The notes beneath the pieces are model-generated. The model was not told the origin of the DNA. It searched no databases and worked only from the letters and a program-made list of their open reading frames with translations. From contig JBHEML010000003.1 of assembly GCA_046262615.1 (NCBI GenBank), positions 16,529 to 80,528 on the forward strand: 64,000 nt of DNA, in the 5' to 3' direction. The translations under genes and the position numbers were made by a program. Origin of the DNA: Candidatus Limnocylindria bacterium (GTDB lineage: Bacteria; Chloroflexota; Limnocylindria; P2-11E). Positions 20,735 through 29,762 of this stretch are shown one piece after another (position 1 is the first letter of the stretch; the number at the start of each line of letters is the position of its first letter).

Positions 20735-21814
20735 ATGTGGATGCGGAGACGATTGGTCGTGGGCCTCGCGATCCTGCTGGTGTCATCAGCATGCGGGGGT
20801 GGCGCAGGGACGGGCGCGCCTGCGCCAGCGTCGAGCGGCGCGGCGACGGAGAAGCCCGAGCGCGCGAAGATCACGGTCGCGGTCGGCTCCGCCGCCTCGC
20901 TGATCTATCTCCCGTGGGATCTGGCGAAGGCGCTCGGCTACTTTGAGGACGAGAACCTGGAGGTCGACCTCCAGTACCAGCAGGCAGGCACAGCCGCCGC
21001 GGCCGCGCTGCTGTCGGGCTCGGCGCAGTTCTCCGGCAACTCGCTCGACCATTCGATCAAGGCGCAGCTCCAGGGAAAGCCGACGAAGATGGTCACGTCG
21101 TTCGCCCGCCTTCCCGGGGTCGCCCTCGTCGTGGCGAGCCGCCTCAAGGACAAGGTGAAAACCGTGGCCGACCTCAAGGGCATGAAGGTCGGCGGTACGT
21201 CGGAGGGCTCAGGCACGCACCTTCTCGCGACGTATGCGCTCCTCCAGGCGGGACTCAAGGAGGGCGACTACACCTTCGTGGCGTGCGGCTCCAGCACGAT
21301 GGCGGCCGCGCTCGATTCCGGCGCCGCCGATGCCTGCATGAACTCCGATCCGTTCGTGACGATCTACTCCGGCTCCGGGAAGGGCTTCATCTTGAAGGAC
21401 TACCGGAGCGAGAAGGACACCAAGGAGCTCCTCGGCGGCGACTATCAGTTCACCGGCGCGGTGACGACGCAGGAGTTCATCCAGAAGAGCCCCGGCATCG
21501 TGCAGCGCGCGGTGAACGCGCTCGTCCGCGCCGATCGCTACATCGCCGCGAACGCGGCAAAGGACATCGCCGCGAAGCTCCCGAAGACCGTGACCGGTGA
21601 GGACGTCGATGTCTACGTCAAGGCACTCGATGCGGCGAAGGGCTACCTCTCGGCGGAGGGGGTCATCGACCTGAAGGGCGTCGAGAACGTACTGAAGGTC
21701 AACGTCGAGGACTGCAAGGCCAACCCGAAGCTCTGCGGGAACGTGAAGCCGACCGACTCGGTCGACACCGCGGCGCTCTTCGACAACAGCTTCGCGCAGA
21801 AGGTGAAGAAGTAG
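20735..21814 (+). CDS. ABC transporter substrate-binding lipoprotein (NMT1/SsuA/TauA-like)
   Basis: The lipoprotein signal is MWMRRRLVVGLAILLVSSACGG, followed by a periplasmic binding fold. A GAAGGGGGCGG SD lies upstream. Confidence 0.8.
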   Translation: MWMRRRLVVGLAILLVSSACGGGAGTGAPAPASSGAATEKPERAKITVAVGSAASLIYLPWDLAKALGYFEDENLEVDLQYQQAGTAAAAALLSGSAQFSGNSLDHSIKAQLQGKPTKMVTSFARLPGVALVVASRLKDKVKTVADLKGMKVGGTSEGSGTHLLATYALLQAGLKEGDYTFVACGSSTMAAALDSGAADACMNSDPFVTIYSGSGKGFILKDYRSEKDTKELLGGDYQFTGAVTTQEFIQKSPGIVQRAVNALVRADRYIAANAAKDIAAKLPKTVTGEDVDVYVKALDAAKGYLSAEGVIDLKGVENVLKVNVEDCKANPKLCGNVKPTDSVDTAALFDNSFAQKVKK

Positions 21815-21908
21815 TCGGCACCCCGCCCGACTGTGGTCGGCAGCACGCTACCGAAGTCGACGCCGCCGCGCGCGTTGCCCCCGGCCGGTGCCCTTCGCTC
21901 CCGGTTGT

Positions 21909-22883
21909 CTAGCGAGGTCCTGCGCCGAAGTGGGTCGCGGGGATGGAGCCCATGCGGCCGCTCTGGTAGTCGGCGACGGCCTGCGCGATCTCTTCCCGCG
22001 TGTTCATCACGAACGGGCCGTATTGCACGACCGGCTCGCCGATCGGCCGGCCGCCGAGCATGAGCACGTCGAAGGACGGGGTCCGGCCGTCCTGACGAGG
22101 GCCTGCGTCGACGCGCACGGTGTCGCCTGCGCCGAAGACGGCGAGCTGGCCTGACTGGAGGGGGATGCGCTCGTCGCCGACGGTCCCGGAGCCTGCGAGC
22201 GCGTAGACCAGCGCGTTGAAGTCCGGCGACCACGGTGCCTCCACGTGCGCCCCCGGAAGCAGGGTGACGTGGGCGTAGGTGATCGGGGTGTGCGTGACCC
22301 CAGGGCCCGCGTGCCCCGCGAGGGTGCCGGCGATCAGGCGGATGAGGGCGCCGCCGTCCGCGGAGCGCAGCAGCACCAGAGAGGACGCGTCGATGTCCTG
22401 GTAGCGCGGCGGCGTCCATTTCTCCGCGCGCGGCAGGTTCACCCAGAGCTGCACCCCGTGGAAGAGCCCGCCGCTCGCAACGAGCTTCTCGGGTGGCATC
22501 TCCGAATGCACGATGCCGGCTCCCGCGGTCATCCACTGCGTCGCGCCATTCGTGATCAGTCCCCCGCCGCCGGTGGAGTCCTTGTGCTCGAATGCGCCAT
22601 CGATCATGTACGTCACCGTCTCGAAGCCGCGATGTGGGTGGTCGGGTGCGCCTTTGGCCTCGCCGGGCGCGTACTCCACCTCGCCCATCTGGTCGAGCAT
22701 CAGGAAGGGATCTGCGATCCGCCGGTCGAGCCCTGGGAAGGGCCGCCGCACGGGGAAGCCCTCGCCCTCGAACGTCTTGAGCGCGTTCACGATCCCGCGT
22801 ACGGCTCGCGGGCGGCTCTCCTCCAGCAGGGGCACCGAAACGATCGGCAGGTCGAGCGGATTGGCGGCGGTCACAGCAGGCAC
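21909..22883 (-). CDS. pirin-family protein (cupin)
   Basis: HPHRGFETVTYMIDGAFEHKDSTGGGG...GIVHSEMP...GVQLWVNLP are pirin N- and C-cupin motifs. Confidence 0.85.
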   Translation of the reverse strand: MPAVTAANPLDLPIVSVPLLEESRPRAVRGIVNALKTFEGEGFPVRRPFPGLDRRIADPFLMLDQMGEVEYAPGEAKGAPDHPHRGFETVTYMIDGAFEHKDSTGGGGLITNGATQWMTAGAGIVHSEMPPEKLVASGGLFHGVQLWVNLPRAEKWTPPRYQDIDASSLVLLRSADGGALIRLIAGTLAGHAGPGVTHTPITYAHVTLLPGAHVEAPWSPDFNALVYALAGSGTVGDERIPLQSGQLAVFGAGDTVRVDAGPRQDGRTPSFDVLMLGGRPIGEPVVQYGPFVMNTREEIAQAVADYQSGRMGSIPATHFGAGPR

Positions 22884-23093
22884 AAGGTTCTCCTCACGAG
22901 CAGAAAGTTGCTTCTACAACCACAACGAGCACCACCGGAAACCTATTCCAAGCAGACTCGCCCAGAACAGCCGATGTTCGTGCAGTCCGATGACGCCCGG
23001 TGGCCGAGACGCTGCCTCCATGCACCCGTCGAGGGGGCTAGCCCGGTCGGCAACTGCTGGGTCGCTTCACCTCGATGCAGCCGCGGCGGGCAG

Positions 23094-24041
23094 TCAGCCG
23101 GAAGAACCCAACGCCGCGCGGGTAGCGTCGACGTCGCGGGAGATCTGTGCCGCCAGCTCCTCGGGCGATCCGAAGTGCCGCTCGTCGCGCAGCCAGCGGA
23201 TGAACGACGCCGTGGCCCTGCGCCCATACGCGTCCCCGGCGAAGTCGAGAAGGTGGGCCTCGAGCACCTTGGGCCCGCCGCCGAAGGTCGGCCTGACACC
23301 CAGACTCGCCGCAGCGGCGTAGTCGTGCCCGTCGAGGGCGACGCGCATGGCGTAGATCCCGTCTTTGGGAAGAAGGCGTTCGGGCGGCGTCGCGATGTTG
23401 AGCGTCGGGAAGCCGAGCCCGCGCCCGCGTCTATTGCCGTGGACCACCTCTCCCTCCACCGCATACGGACGGCCCAAAAGCCGTGTTGCCTCCTCGACGG
23501 CGCCGGCCGCCAGGGCGTTGCGGATGCGTGTCGAGCTGATGGGCGCAGCGCCGTCGGCGACCCGCGGGAATACGTCGACCTCGAAACCGAGCTCGGCCCC
23601 CAGAGCCGCGAGCCCGCCAACGTCGCCCTCCCGGCGGTGACCGAACTGGAAGTCGGGGCCGACCACGATGCGCCGGACGTCTCCCGCGTTCGCCAGGCCC
23701 GCGGCGAATTCACGCGCGGTCAGCGACGCGAAACGCTCGTCGAACCTGAAGAGGACCACAGCGGCCGCGCCCGCGTCTCTGAGCAGGCGACTGCGCTCGC
23801 GGGCCGACGACAGCGCCGACGCCGGCGCTCCGGGCGCTACGACCTGGATGGGAAGGGGGTCGAACGTGGCGGCGACCGCCATCGCGCGCGCGGCCGCCGC
23901 GCCGGACGCCAGGTGCGAGATCAGCCCGCGATGGCCTACGTGCACTCCGTCGAAGACGCCGATGGCGAGGTGCAGAGGACCATCGGGCCAGCCGGTGAAG
24001 TCGTGCAGCTCGCCGGCCGGGGAGGCTTCTCCCTCATTCAA
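23094..24041 (-). CDS. ribF: bifunctional riboflavin kinase / FAD synthetase
   Basis: LAIGVFDGVHVGHRGLI is the FAD-synthetase nucleotidyltransferase motif and PTLNI...KVLEAHLLDF is the riboflavin kinase domain. The start is TTG 24041, overlapping the upstream stop as TTGA. The first 170 aa of the track ORF are junk. Confidence 0.85.
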   Translation of the reverse strand: MNEGEASPAGELHDFTGWPDGPLHLAIGVFDGVHVGHRGLISHLASGAAAARAMAVAATFDPLPIQVVAPGAPASALSSARERSRLLRDAGAAAVVLFRFDERFASLTAREFAAGLANAGDVRRIVVGPDFQFGHRREGDVGGLAALGAELGFEVDVFPRVADGAAPISSTRIRNALAAGAVEEATRLLGRPYAVEGEVVHGNRRGRGLGFPTLNIATPPERLLPKDGIYAMRVALDGHDYAAAASLGVRPTFGGGPKVLEAHLLDFAGDAYGRRATASFIRWLRDERHFGSPEELAAQISRDVDATRAALGSSG

Positions 24042-25456
24042 TCGATGGAGCGTAGGGGTGCGGCGGGGGTCGAAGCAGGAGCGCTGAGCCTGCGGCGCCG
24101 CGCCGCGACACGCGAGGCGCGCGTCCGCTTGCGCGGAAGCGCGCGGAGGAACGGGATGGGTGTGGCGACCGCGAGGATGTAGCCGAGGTAGTTCCCTTGG
24201 AAATAGCGGCCAAAGAAGAGGAACACCAGGAGCGTGGCGGCGTAGCCCGCGAGCAGCATCGGTATCGTCGGGAAGCGCCACAGCCGGCGCAGCGACCACA
24301 CCGCGATCGGAGCGGCGACCGCGATCTCGATCACGGCGAACGGGAAATCCGCCTGCCGGTAGGGGATCACGCCCAGGGAGAGGAGCAGCGCCGAGAAGCC
24401 CATTCCACTGATCGGATACGTCCACGCGGCGCCCCCGGCGTTGTACCGCACGACGTCGTCGTAGAAGGCGCCCCAGTCGTTCAGCAGGAACGGAAGGAAC
24501 GTCACGCCCAGCAGCAGCGCCGCCGGCCACAGTGGCCGCCAGAGGACGGTCCACGCCTCTCGCAGCGTGCGCGGGCGCTTGGTCGCGAGGATGTAGGCGA
24601 CCACGAAGGGCAGGATGAAGATCGCGTGGAGCTTGGTCGCCGCGCCCGCCGCGAACGCAAGGCTTGCCAGCATGCGGCGTTCGCGCTGGAGGAGCGCGAC
24701 GCCGGCGAAGAGGAACAGCAGGACGAAGAAGTCGTTGCGGCCCTCGACGACGAATGGGAACAACTGTGGGTTCAGTCCGACGAGCGCGACGGCCGCGAGG
24801 CGCCGGTCAGTACCGCGAACGAGGAACGGCACGATCGCGAGCGTCCCGACGAACGCGGGCAGGTACAGGTAACGCTCGTCCCAGAACGCGCCTAGGTGTC
24901 CGAACGCCCAGACGAAAGGGGCGGTGATCAGGAACAGCATCGGGAAGTACGTCAGGTGGTAGAGGGCTGGATTGTTCAGCATCGGCCAGTAGTAGAGCGG
25001 CGTGTCGAGGTAATCGGCGACATAGGGGTTCTGGCCCGCGAGGAGCTTGCGCGACGCCTCTTCGATCATGAGCGCGCCGTCGTGGATGTAGGTGTACGGT
25101 CGGCCGGTCTCGCGCAGCACGATCGAGGCGATCGTTGGGACGATCACGAACGCCGCGACGATCGCGGCCAGGTGGAGCGCGCGGGCGCGCGCCGTGAACG
25201 CCGGACCGTCCCGCCGGGCGCGAAGCGGGTACGTCACGGCGAGGGTCCCGGTCACGACGAGAAAGAGCACCGACGCCGGCAGCGGGAACAGCTGCCACAG
25301 CGGTACGTCGCGCTCGGCCCCGACGGTGGTGTGATTCGCAAAGAGCAGAAGCCAGTTCGCGGTCGCGATGCCGCCGACGGCCTTGGCGTCGAGCGAAAGC
25401 TGCTGCCACGCGAAGAGCATGCCGCGGACCGCGCGCTCGATGGTCTTCATGATCAT
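24038..25456 (-). CDS. polytopic membrane protein, GT-C-fold glycosyltransferase-like (DUF2029/GT87-like)
   Basis: 472 aa with about 12 predicted TM helices; composition and hydrophobic periodicity resemble PMT/GT-C family members. It is inserted between truB and ribF and overlaps both neighbours (ATGA / TTGA). Confidence 0.55.
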   Translation of the reverse strand: MIMKTIERAVRGMLFAWQQLSLDAKAVGGIATANWLLLFANHTTVGAERDVPLWQLFPLPASVLFLVVTGTLAVTYPLRARRDGPAFTARARALHLAAIVAAFVIVPTIASIVLRETGRPYTYIHDGALMIEEASRKLLAGQNPYVADYLDTPLYYWPMLNNPALYHLTYFPMLFLITAPFVWAFGHLGAFWDERYLYLPAFVGTLAIVPFLVRGTDRRLAAVALVGLNPQLFPFVVEGRNDFFVLLFLFAGVALLQRERRMLASLAFAAGAATKLHAIFILPFVVAYILATKRPRTLREAWTVLWRPLWPAALLLGVTFLPFLLNDWGAFYDDVVRYNAGGAAWTYPISGMGFSALLLSLGVIPYRQADFPFAVIEIAVAAPIAVWSLRRLWRFPTIPMLLAGYAATLLVFLFFGRYFQGNYLGYILAVATPIPFLRALPRKRTRASRVAARRRRLSAPASTPAAPLRSID

Positions 25457-26229
25457 TGTCGTCGGCCCCAGTCACCCAGGAGTTTATCGGCCGGTTCCGT
25501 CCGGTAACGGTCGTCAAGGACGGCGATGTCCGGGTCGGCCGGAACGAGGGCGGACAAGAGAGCGTCGCGTCCGCGCGCCCTGATCGCATCGGCGCGGATC
25601 GCGTTGGCCGCGTCCAGCCCGCCGACCGCCAGGCGTCGCAGCAACGCGAGGTGGGCCGCCGAGCCGGTGGCGCGCCCGATGTCGCGCGCGAGCGCGCGGA
25701 TGTACGTGCCGCGTCCGCAGACGACGATCACGGCGAGGTCGGGCGGCCGCCACGACGCGATCGACAGCCGCTCGACCGTCACCTCGCGGGGAGGCAGGGC
25801 GGTCGTCTCCCCCGCCCGCGCGCGCGCGTACGCGGGCCTTCCGCCGATCTTGACCGCGGCGTACGCCGGCGGGACCTGCGTGATGGTCCCGCGGAACGGA
25901 TCAAGCTGGTCGTCGAGCCATGCGTCGTCACCGGCAGGCACCGCGCCGGCGCGCGTGGGCGTACCTTCGAGATCGTCGGTGGGTGTCTCGTGCCCGAAGC
26001 GCACGATCGCGGCGTAAGCCTTCGCCGCGCCGTGCAGAAGCTCGACCACCTTGGTCGCGCGGCCGACGAGGAGCGGGAGCAGCCCGGTCGCGAGCGGGTC
26101 GAGCGTGCCGCCGTGCCCGATACGCTTCGTGCCGAGGACGCCGCGCGTCACAGCAACTACGTCATGCGACGTCCAACCGGACGGCTTGTCGACCGCGAGG
26201 ATCCCTTCGGGGCCGGTCTGGAGGGTCAG
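25453..26229 (-). CDS. truB: tRNA pseudouridine(55) synthase
   Basis: GILAVDKPSGWTSHDVVAVTRGVLGTKRIGHGGTLDPLATGLLPLLVG is the TruB catalytic core. No ATG, GTG or TTG lies between the nrnA stop and the core, so the start is unresolved. Candidates are CTG 26229 (overlapping the nrnA stop as CTGA) or ATC 26202. Confidence 0.8.
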   Translation of the reverse strand: MTLQTGPEGILAVDKPSGWTSHDVVAVTRGVLGTKRIGHGGTLDPLATGLLPLLVGRATKVVELLHGAAKAYAAIVRFGHETPTDDLEGTPTRAGAVPAGDDAWLDDQLDPFRGTITQVPPAYAAVKIGGRPAYARARAGETTALPPREVTVERLSIASWRPPDLAVIVVCGRGTYIRALARDIGRATGSAAHLALLRRLAVGGLDAANAIRADAIRARGRDALLSALVPADPDIAVLDDRYRTEPADKLLGDWGRRQ

Positions 26230-27191
26230 GCGGGGATGCGGGCCGCGGCGAGCGCCGTGCGGGCGTCGGCGAGGACCTGCTCGCGGATGGCCGCTGGCGT
26301 CCCCGGCACCAGCGCGCCCGCGGCGCGCACGTGTCCCCCACCGGCGTACCGCGCCATCAGCGCGGATGCGTCGACCGAAGGGGGAGAAGCCGAGGTCCGG
26401 CACGAGATCTTCACGCCGCCGGGGACCTCGGTGAAGAGCAGCGCGATCCGCATGCCCTTGCTGCGCGCGATCTGTTCCACGACCCCCGAGGAATCCTCGT
26501 CTCTCGCCATCGCCTCCTCGACGTCGCCGGCGCGCAGCTCCGTCCAGACGATCTCGCCATCGGACTCGCGCGCCAGGCGCGAGAAGGCGAATCCCCAGAG
26601 CTTCAGCGCCTCGAACCGCTTGTTGCGGAACACGTTGTACGTGATCGCCTGGAGGTCGGCGCCGGCGGCCCGCAGCGTGGCCGCCCGCTGGAGGGCGCGC
26701 TCGTCGGTGCTCGGGAACTGGAAGGACCCGGTATCGGTCATGATCCCGACGAGCGCCGCGGTCGCCATCTCTGAAGTCCAGGGGACGCCGAGCGCGTCGA
26801 TCACGCGCGAGACAAGCTCGGCCGTCGCGGCCGACGTGGCGTCGACGAGGTTCGCCGAGCCGAAGCCCGGGTTCGATACGTGGTGATCGATGTTCACCAG
26901 AGGCGGACCGCTCGGGAGCGCGAACTTCGCGCGCCCGGCGTCGCCGAAGTCGACCGTCACCACGAGGTCGACGTCCTCCGTCGGAGGCGTCGTTACGTAC
27001 CGGTCAGTTCGCGCGAGGAACGCTATCTGGTCGGGGACGGGGTCGGCGCAGTGCCAGCTGACGTCCGCGCCGAGCGCCTCCAGGGCGAGACCCAGGGCGA
27101 CGCCTGATCCGATCGTGTCAGGATCAGGGTCGCGGTGCGAGACGATCGCCACGCGTCGCGCCTCTTGCAGCCGCCGCACGACCTCGTTCAC
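26226..27191 (-). CDS. nrnA: DHH-family phosphoesterase NrnA (oligoribonuclease / pAp phosphatase)
   Basis: VAIVSHRDPDPDTIGSGVALGLAL...NIDHHVSN...DHH and DHHA1 motifs, with GGGH near the C-terminus. Confidence 0.8.
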   Translation of the reverse strand: MNEVVRRLQEARRVAIVSHRDPDPDTIGSGVALGLALEALGADVSWHCADPVPDQIAFLARTDRYVTTPPTEDVDLVVTVDFGDAGRAKFALPSGPPLVNIDHHVSNPGFGSANLVDATSAATAELVSRVIDALGVPWTSEMATAALVGIMTDTGSFQFPSTDERALQRAATLRAAGADLQAITYNVFRNKRFEALKLWGFAFSRLARESDGEIVWTELRAGDVEEAMARDEDSSGVVEQIARSKGMRIALLFTEVPGGVKISCRTSASPPSVDASALMARYAGGGHVRAAGALVPGTPAAIREQVLADARTALAAARIPA

Positions 27192-27541
27192 TCCTGCTCG
27201 CCCTTCGAGACCTCGCGCAGCAACGCGGCGATACGCGTGGCTGTCGCCGCCGAGCGGTCGGCGACGAAGGTGAGGTCGGGAACGAAACGGAGCTCCGTCC
27301 GGGCACCGATCTCGTGCCGCAGGTGCTGCCGGGCGTCCTCGAGCGCCTTCATGGTCGATGCCACCGCGTCGTCGTCGCCCAGCACGCTCACGAACACACG
27401 CGCGCGGCGAAGGTCGCGGCTCGTCTCGACCGCCGTGACCGTCGGAAAGCTGATGCGGGGGTCGCGCAGCTCTTCGCTGATGATCGTGCCCAGCTCACGA
27501 TGGAGCAGCGAGTTGACGCGGTCCGTCCTCTTGTACGGCAC
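27188..27541 (-). CDS. rbfA: ribosome-binding factor A
   Basis: RVNSLLHRELGTIISEELRDPRI...LRFVPDLTFVAD. Confidence 0.9.
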   Translation of the reverse strand: MPYKRTDRVNSLLHRELGTIISEELRDPRISFPTVTAVETSRDLRRARVFVSVLGDDDAVASTMKALEDARQHLRHEIGARTELRFVPDLTFVADRSAATATRIAALLREVSKGEQE

Positions 27542-27544
27542 CGC

Positions 27545-29449
27545 TCACCTCGGCTTCGGCTGGACCACGTAGCATTCGATCACGTCACCGACGAGCACGT
27601 CGTTATGGCCGTCGAGGACGATGCCGCATTCGAGGCCGGCGTTGACCTCCCGGGCGTCGTCCTTCACGCGCCGCAGCGTGTCGATGCGGCCCTCGTGCAC
27701 AGGTGCGCCGCCGCGGATGAGCCGCGCCTGGGCGCCGCGCCGCATCAGGCCGTCCACGACCATGCAGCCCGCGATCGTGGTCTTGCCGGCGGTGAAGATC
27801 GCGCGCACCTCGGCGTGCCCGAGGATGCTCTCGACCATCTCAGGCTCGAGCATGCCGGTGAGCGCCTTCTCGACGTCGTCGAGCAGCTCGTAGATGACCT
27901 TGTACTGGCGGATGTCGACGGTCCCCTGCTCGGCGGCGCGCTTGGCGGGAACGTCGACGCGGTTGTTGAAGCCGATGACCACCGCTCCCGACGCGGCGGC
28001 GAGGGTGACGTCCGATTCGGTGATGTCGCCCACCGCGTCGTGGATGACGTTCAGCGTCACCTCGTCCTGAGGGACCTTCGCGAGCGCCCCCTTGATGGCC
28101 TCGAGCGAGCCCTGCACGTCGGCCTTGAGCACCACCTTGAGTTCCTTGGCCTTCCCCTCCTTGACCTGCGCGAACATCTCATCGAGCGTCGCCGGGCGTT
28201 CGGCGCCGGTCGCCGCGGCCCGGTCGCGCGCGTTCTGGGCCGCCTGCGCGCGCGCCGTCTTCTCATCCGCGACCGCGCGCAGGACGTCGCCGGCCTCGGG
28301 GACCTCCGGTAGGCCGAGGATCTGTACCGGACGCGAGGGCTCCGCGCGACCGATGCTCTTGCCGTTGTGGTCCGTCATCGCGCGGACCTTGCCGAACGTC
28401 GTGCCCGCGACGATCAGATCCCCGCGATCGAGCGTGCCCGTCTGCACGAGCACGGTCGCCACCGGCCCGCGGCCCTTGTCGAGGTGCGCCTCGATCACGC
28501 GGCCGATCGCGGGGCGGTCGGGGTCCGCCTTCAGGTCCGCGACGTCCGCGACGAGGAGCACGACCTCGACGAGGTCCTCGATGCCCTGCTTCGTTCTCGC
28601 GGATACCGGCACGAGCGGCACCTCGCCGCCGTACTCCTCGATCGTCACGCTCTGCTCGGCGAGCTGGCCCTTCACCTGGTCCGGGTTCGCGTCGCTCTTG
28701 TCGATCTTGTTGAGCGCGACGACGATGGGCACGCCCGCCGCGCGAACGTGCGAGATCGCCTCCACCGTCTGCGGCTGCACGCCGTCGTCCGCGGCCACGA
28801 CGAGGATCGCGACGTCCGTCACCTGGGCGCCGCGCGCGCGCATCGCCGTGAACGCCTCGTGACCTGGCGTGTCGAGGAACGTCACCTTGCGGCCCTTGTG
28901 CTCGATCTGGTACGCGCCGATGTGCTGGGTGATGCCGCCCGCCTCGCGCGCCGTCACGTTCGTTTCGCGGATCGCGTCGAGGAGGCTGGTCTTGCCGTGG
29001 TCAACGTGGCCGAGGATCGTCACCACTGGAGGACGGGTGCGGAGCTTCGAGGTGTCCTCGTCCGTCCACAGGACCTGCTTCGTGGAGACCGGTTCGGCGA
29101 GGATCGCCTCGTCGATCTCGGGAACGAGGTCCTCCTCCGGCACGACCTCGAAGCCGAGCTCGCTCGCGACCAGCGACGCCGTCTCGAAGTCGACGGTCTG
29201 GTTGATCGTCGCCATCACGCCCATGTTCACGAGCGCACGGATCACGTCGACGACGCTGATCTCGAGCGTCTTCGCGAGCTCACCGACGGGGATGGTCTTC
29301 GGCAGCGAGATCTGTCCCTGGTCCTCAGGGATGACAGCGACGGCGGGGACTGGAGCGACGGGGACTGCCACGGGCTGTCCGCGGGACGGCCTGCGTCGGG
29401 GTCGCGGGCCCCGCTGCGGCGGGAATCTCCTCGGTCTGGCCTTCGGCAT
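27545..29449 (-). CDS. infB: translation initiation factor IF-2 (short form)
   Basis: G domain [14 protein letters not shown]...DTPGHEAF...NKID, followed by the C-terminal beta-barrels. At 634 aa it is a short form with a reduced N-terminal region. Confidence 0.95.
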   Translation of the reverse strand: MPKARPRRFPPQRGPRPRRRPSRGQPVAVPVAPVPAVAVIPEDQGQISLPKTIPVGELAKTLEISVVDVIRALVNMGVMATINQTVDFETASLVASELGFEVVPEEDLVPEIDEAILAEPVSTKQVLWTDEDTSKLRTRPPVVTILGHVDHGKTSLLDAIRETNVTAREAGGITQHIGAYQIEHKGRKVTFLDTPGHEAFTAMRARGAQVTDVAILVVAADDGVQPQTVEAISHVRAAGVPIVVALNKIDKSDANPDQVKGQLAEQSVTIEEYGGEVPLVPVSARTKQGIEDLVEVVLLVADVADLKADPDRPAIGRVIEAHLDKGRGPVATVLVQTGTLDRGDLIVAGTTFGKVRAMTDHNGKSIGRAEPSRPVQILGLPEVPEAGDVLRAVADEKTARAQAAQNARDRAAATGAERPATLDEMFAQVKEGKAKELKVVLKADVQGSLEAIKGALAKVPQDEVTLNVIHDAVGDITESDVTLAAASGAVVIGFNNRVDVPAKRAAEQGTVDIRQYKVIYELLDDVEKALTGMLEPEMVESILGHAEVRAIFTAGKTTIAGCMVVDGLMRRGAQARLIRGGAPVHEGRIDTLRRVKDDAREVNAGLECGIVLDGHNDVLVGDVIECYVVQPKPR

Positions 29450-29452
29450 CGC

Positions 29453-29761
29453 CTACCCTCCTCGGTTCGTTCCGCGGCGCTCGCGCACCGCCTGCGCCAG
29501 CTCGGCGCCGAGCGCCGTGGCCCGCTCGCTGTCGATCGGAGATTCGAGCGCCCGGGCGAGCGCGCCCTCTCCCAGGCCCCGCGTGACGCACGCCTCGTCG
29601 GCGCAGACGTACGCGCCACGCCCGGACACCTTGCCGCGCACATCGATCGACAGCGCGCCCTGCGGCGAGCGGACCACGCGCACCAGTTCGCGTTTCGGCC
29701 GGGTCGTGCGGCATGCGACGCAGGTGCGCTGCGGCGGTTCGTGGCGTGCGGCGGCGGGGGC
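29453..29761 (-). CDS. ylxR: YlxR/DUF448 RNA-binding protein
   Basis: [50 protein letters not shown] is the YlxR family motif. There is no canonical start between the nusA stop and the Cys motif, so the start is unresolved; it may overlap the nusA 3' end. Confidence 0.6.
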   Translation of the reverse strand, partial: APAAARHEPPQRTCVACRTTRPKRELVRVVRSPQGALSIDVRGKVSGRGAYVCADEACVTRGLGEGALARALESPIDSERATALGAELAQAVRERRGTNRGG

Positions 29762-29762
29762 G

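Noticed and set aside
21815-21908. Possible terminator between the SBP gene and pirin
   Set aside because: Only a weak 5-bp stem (GTCGG/CCGAC) without a U-tract; not convincing.
22245-24182. 645-aa plus-strand ORF across pirin and ribF
   Set aside because: It is antisense to two conserved genes and has a low-complexity translation.
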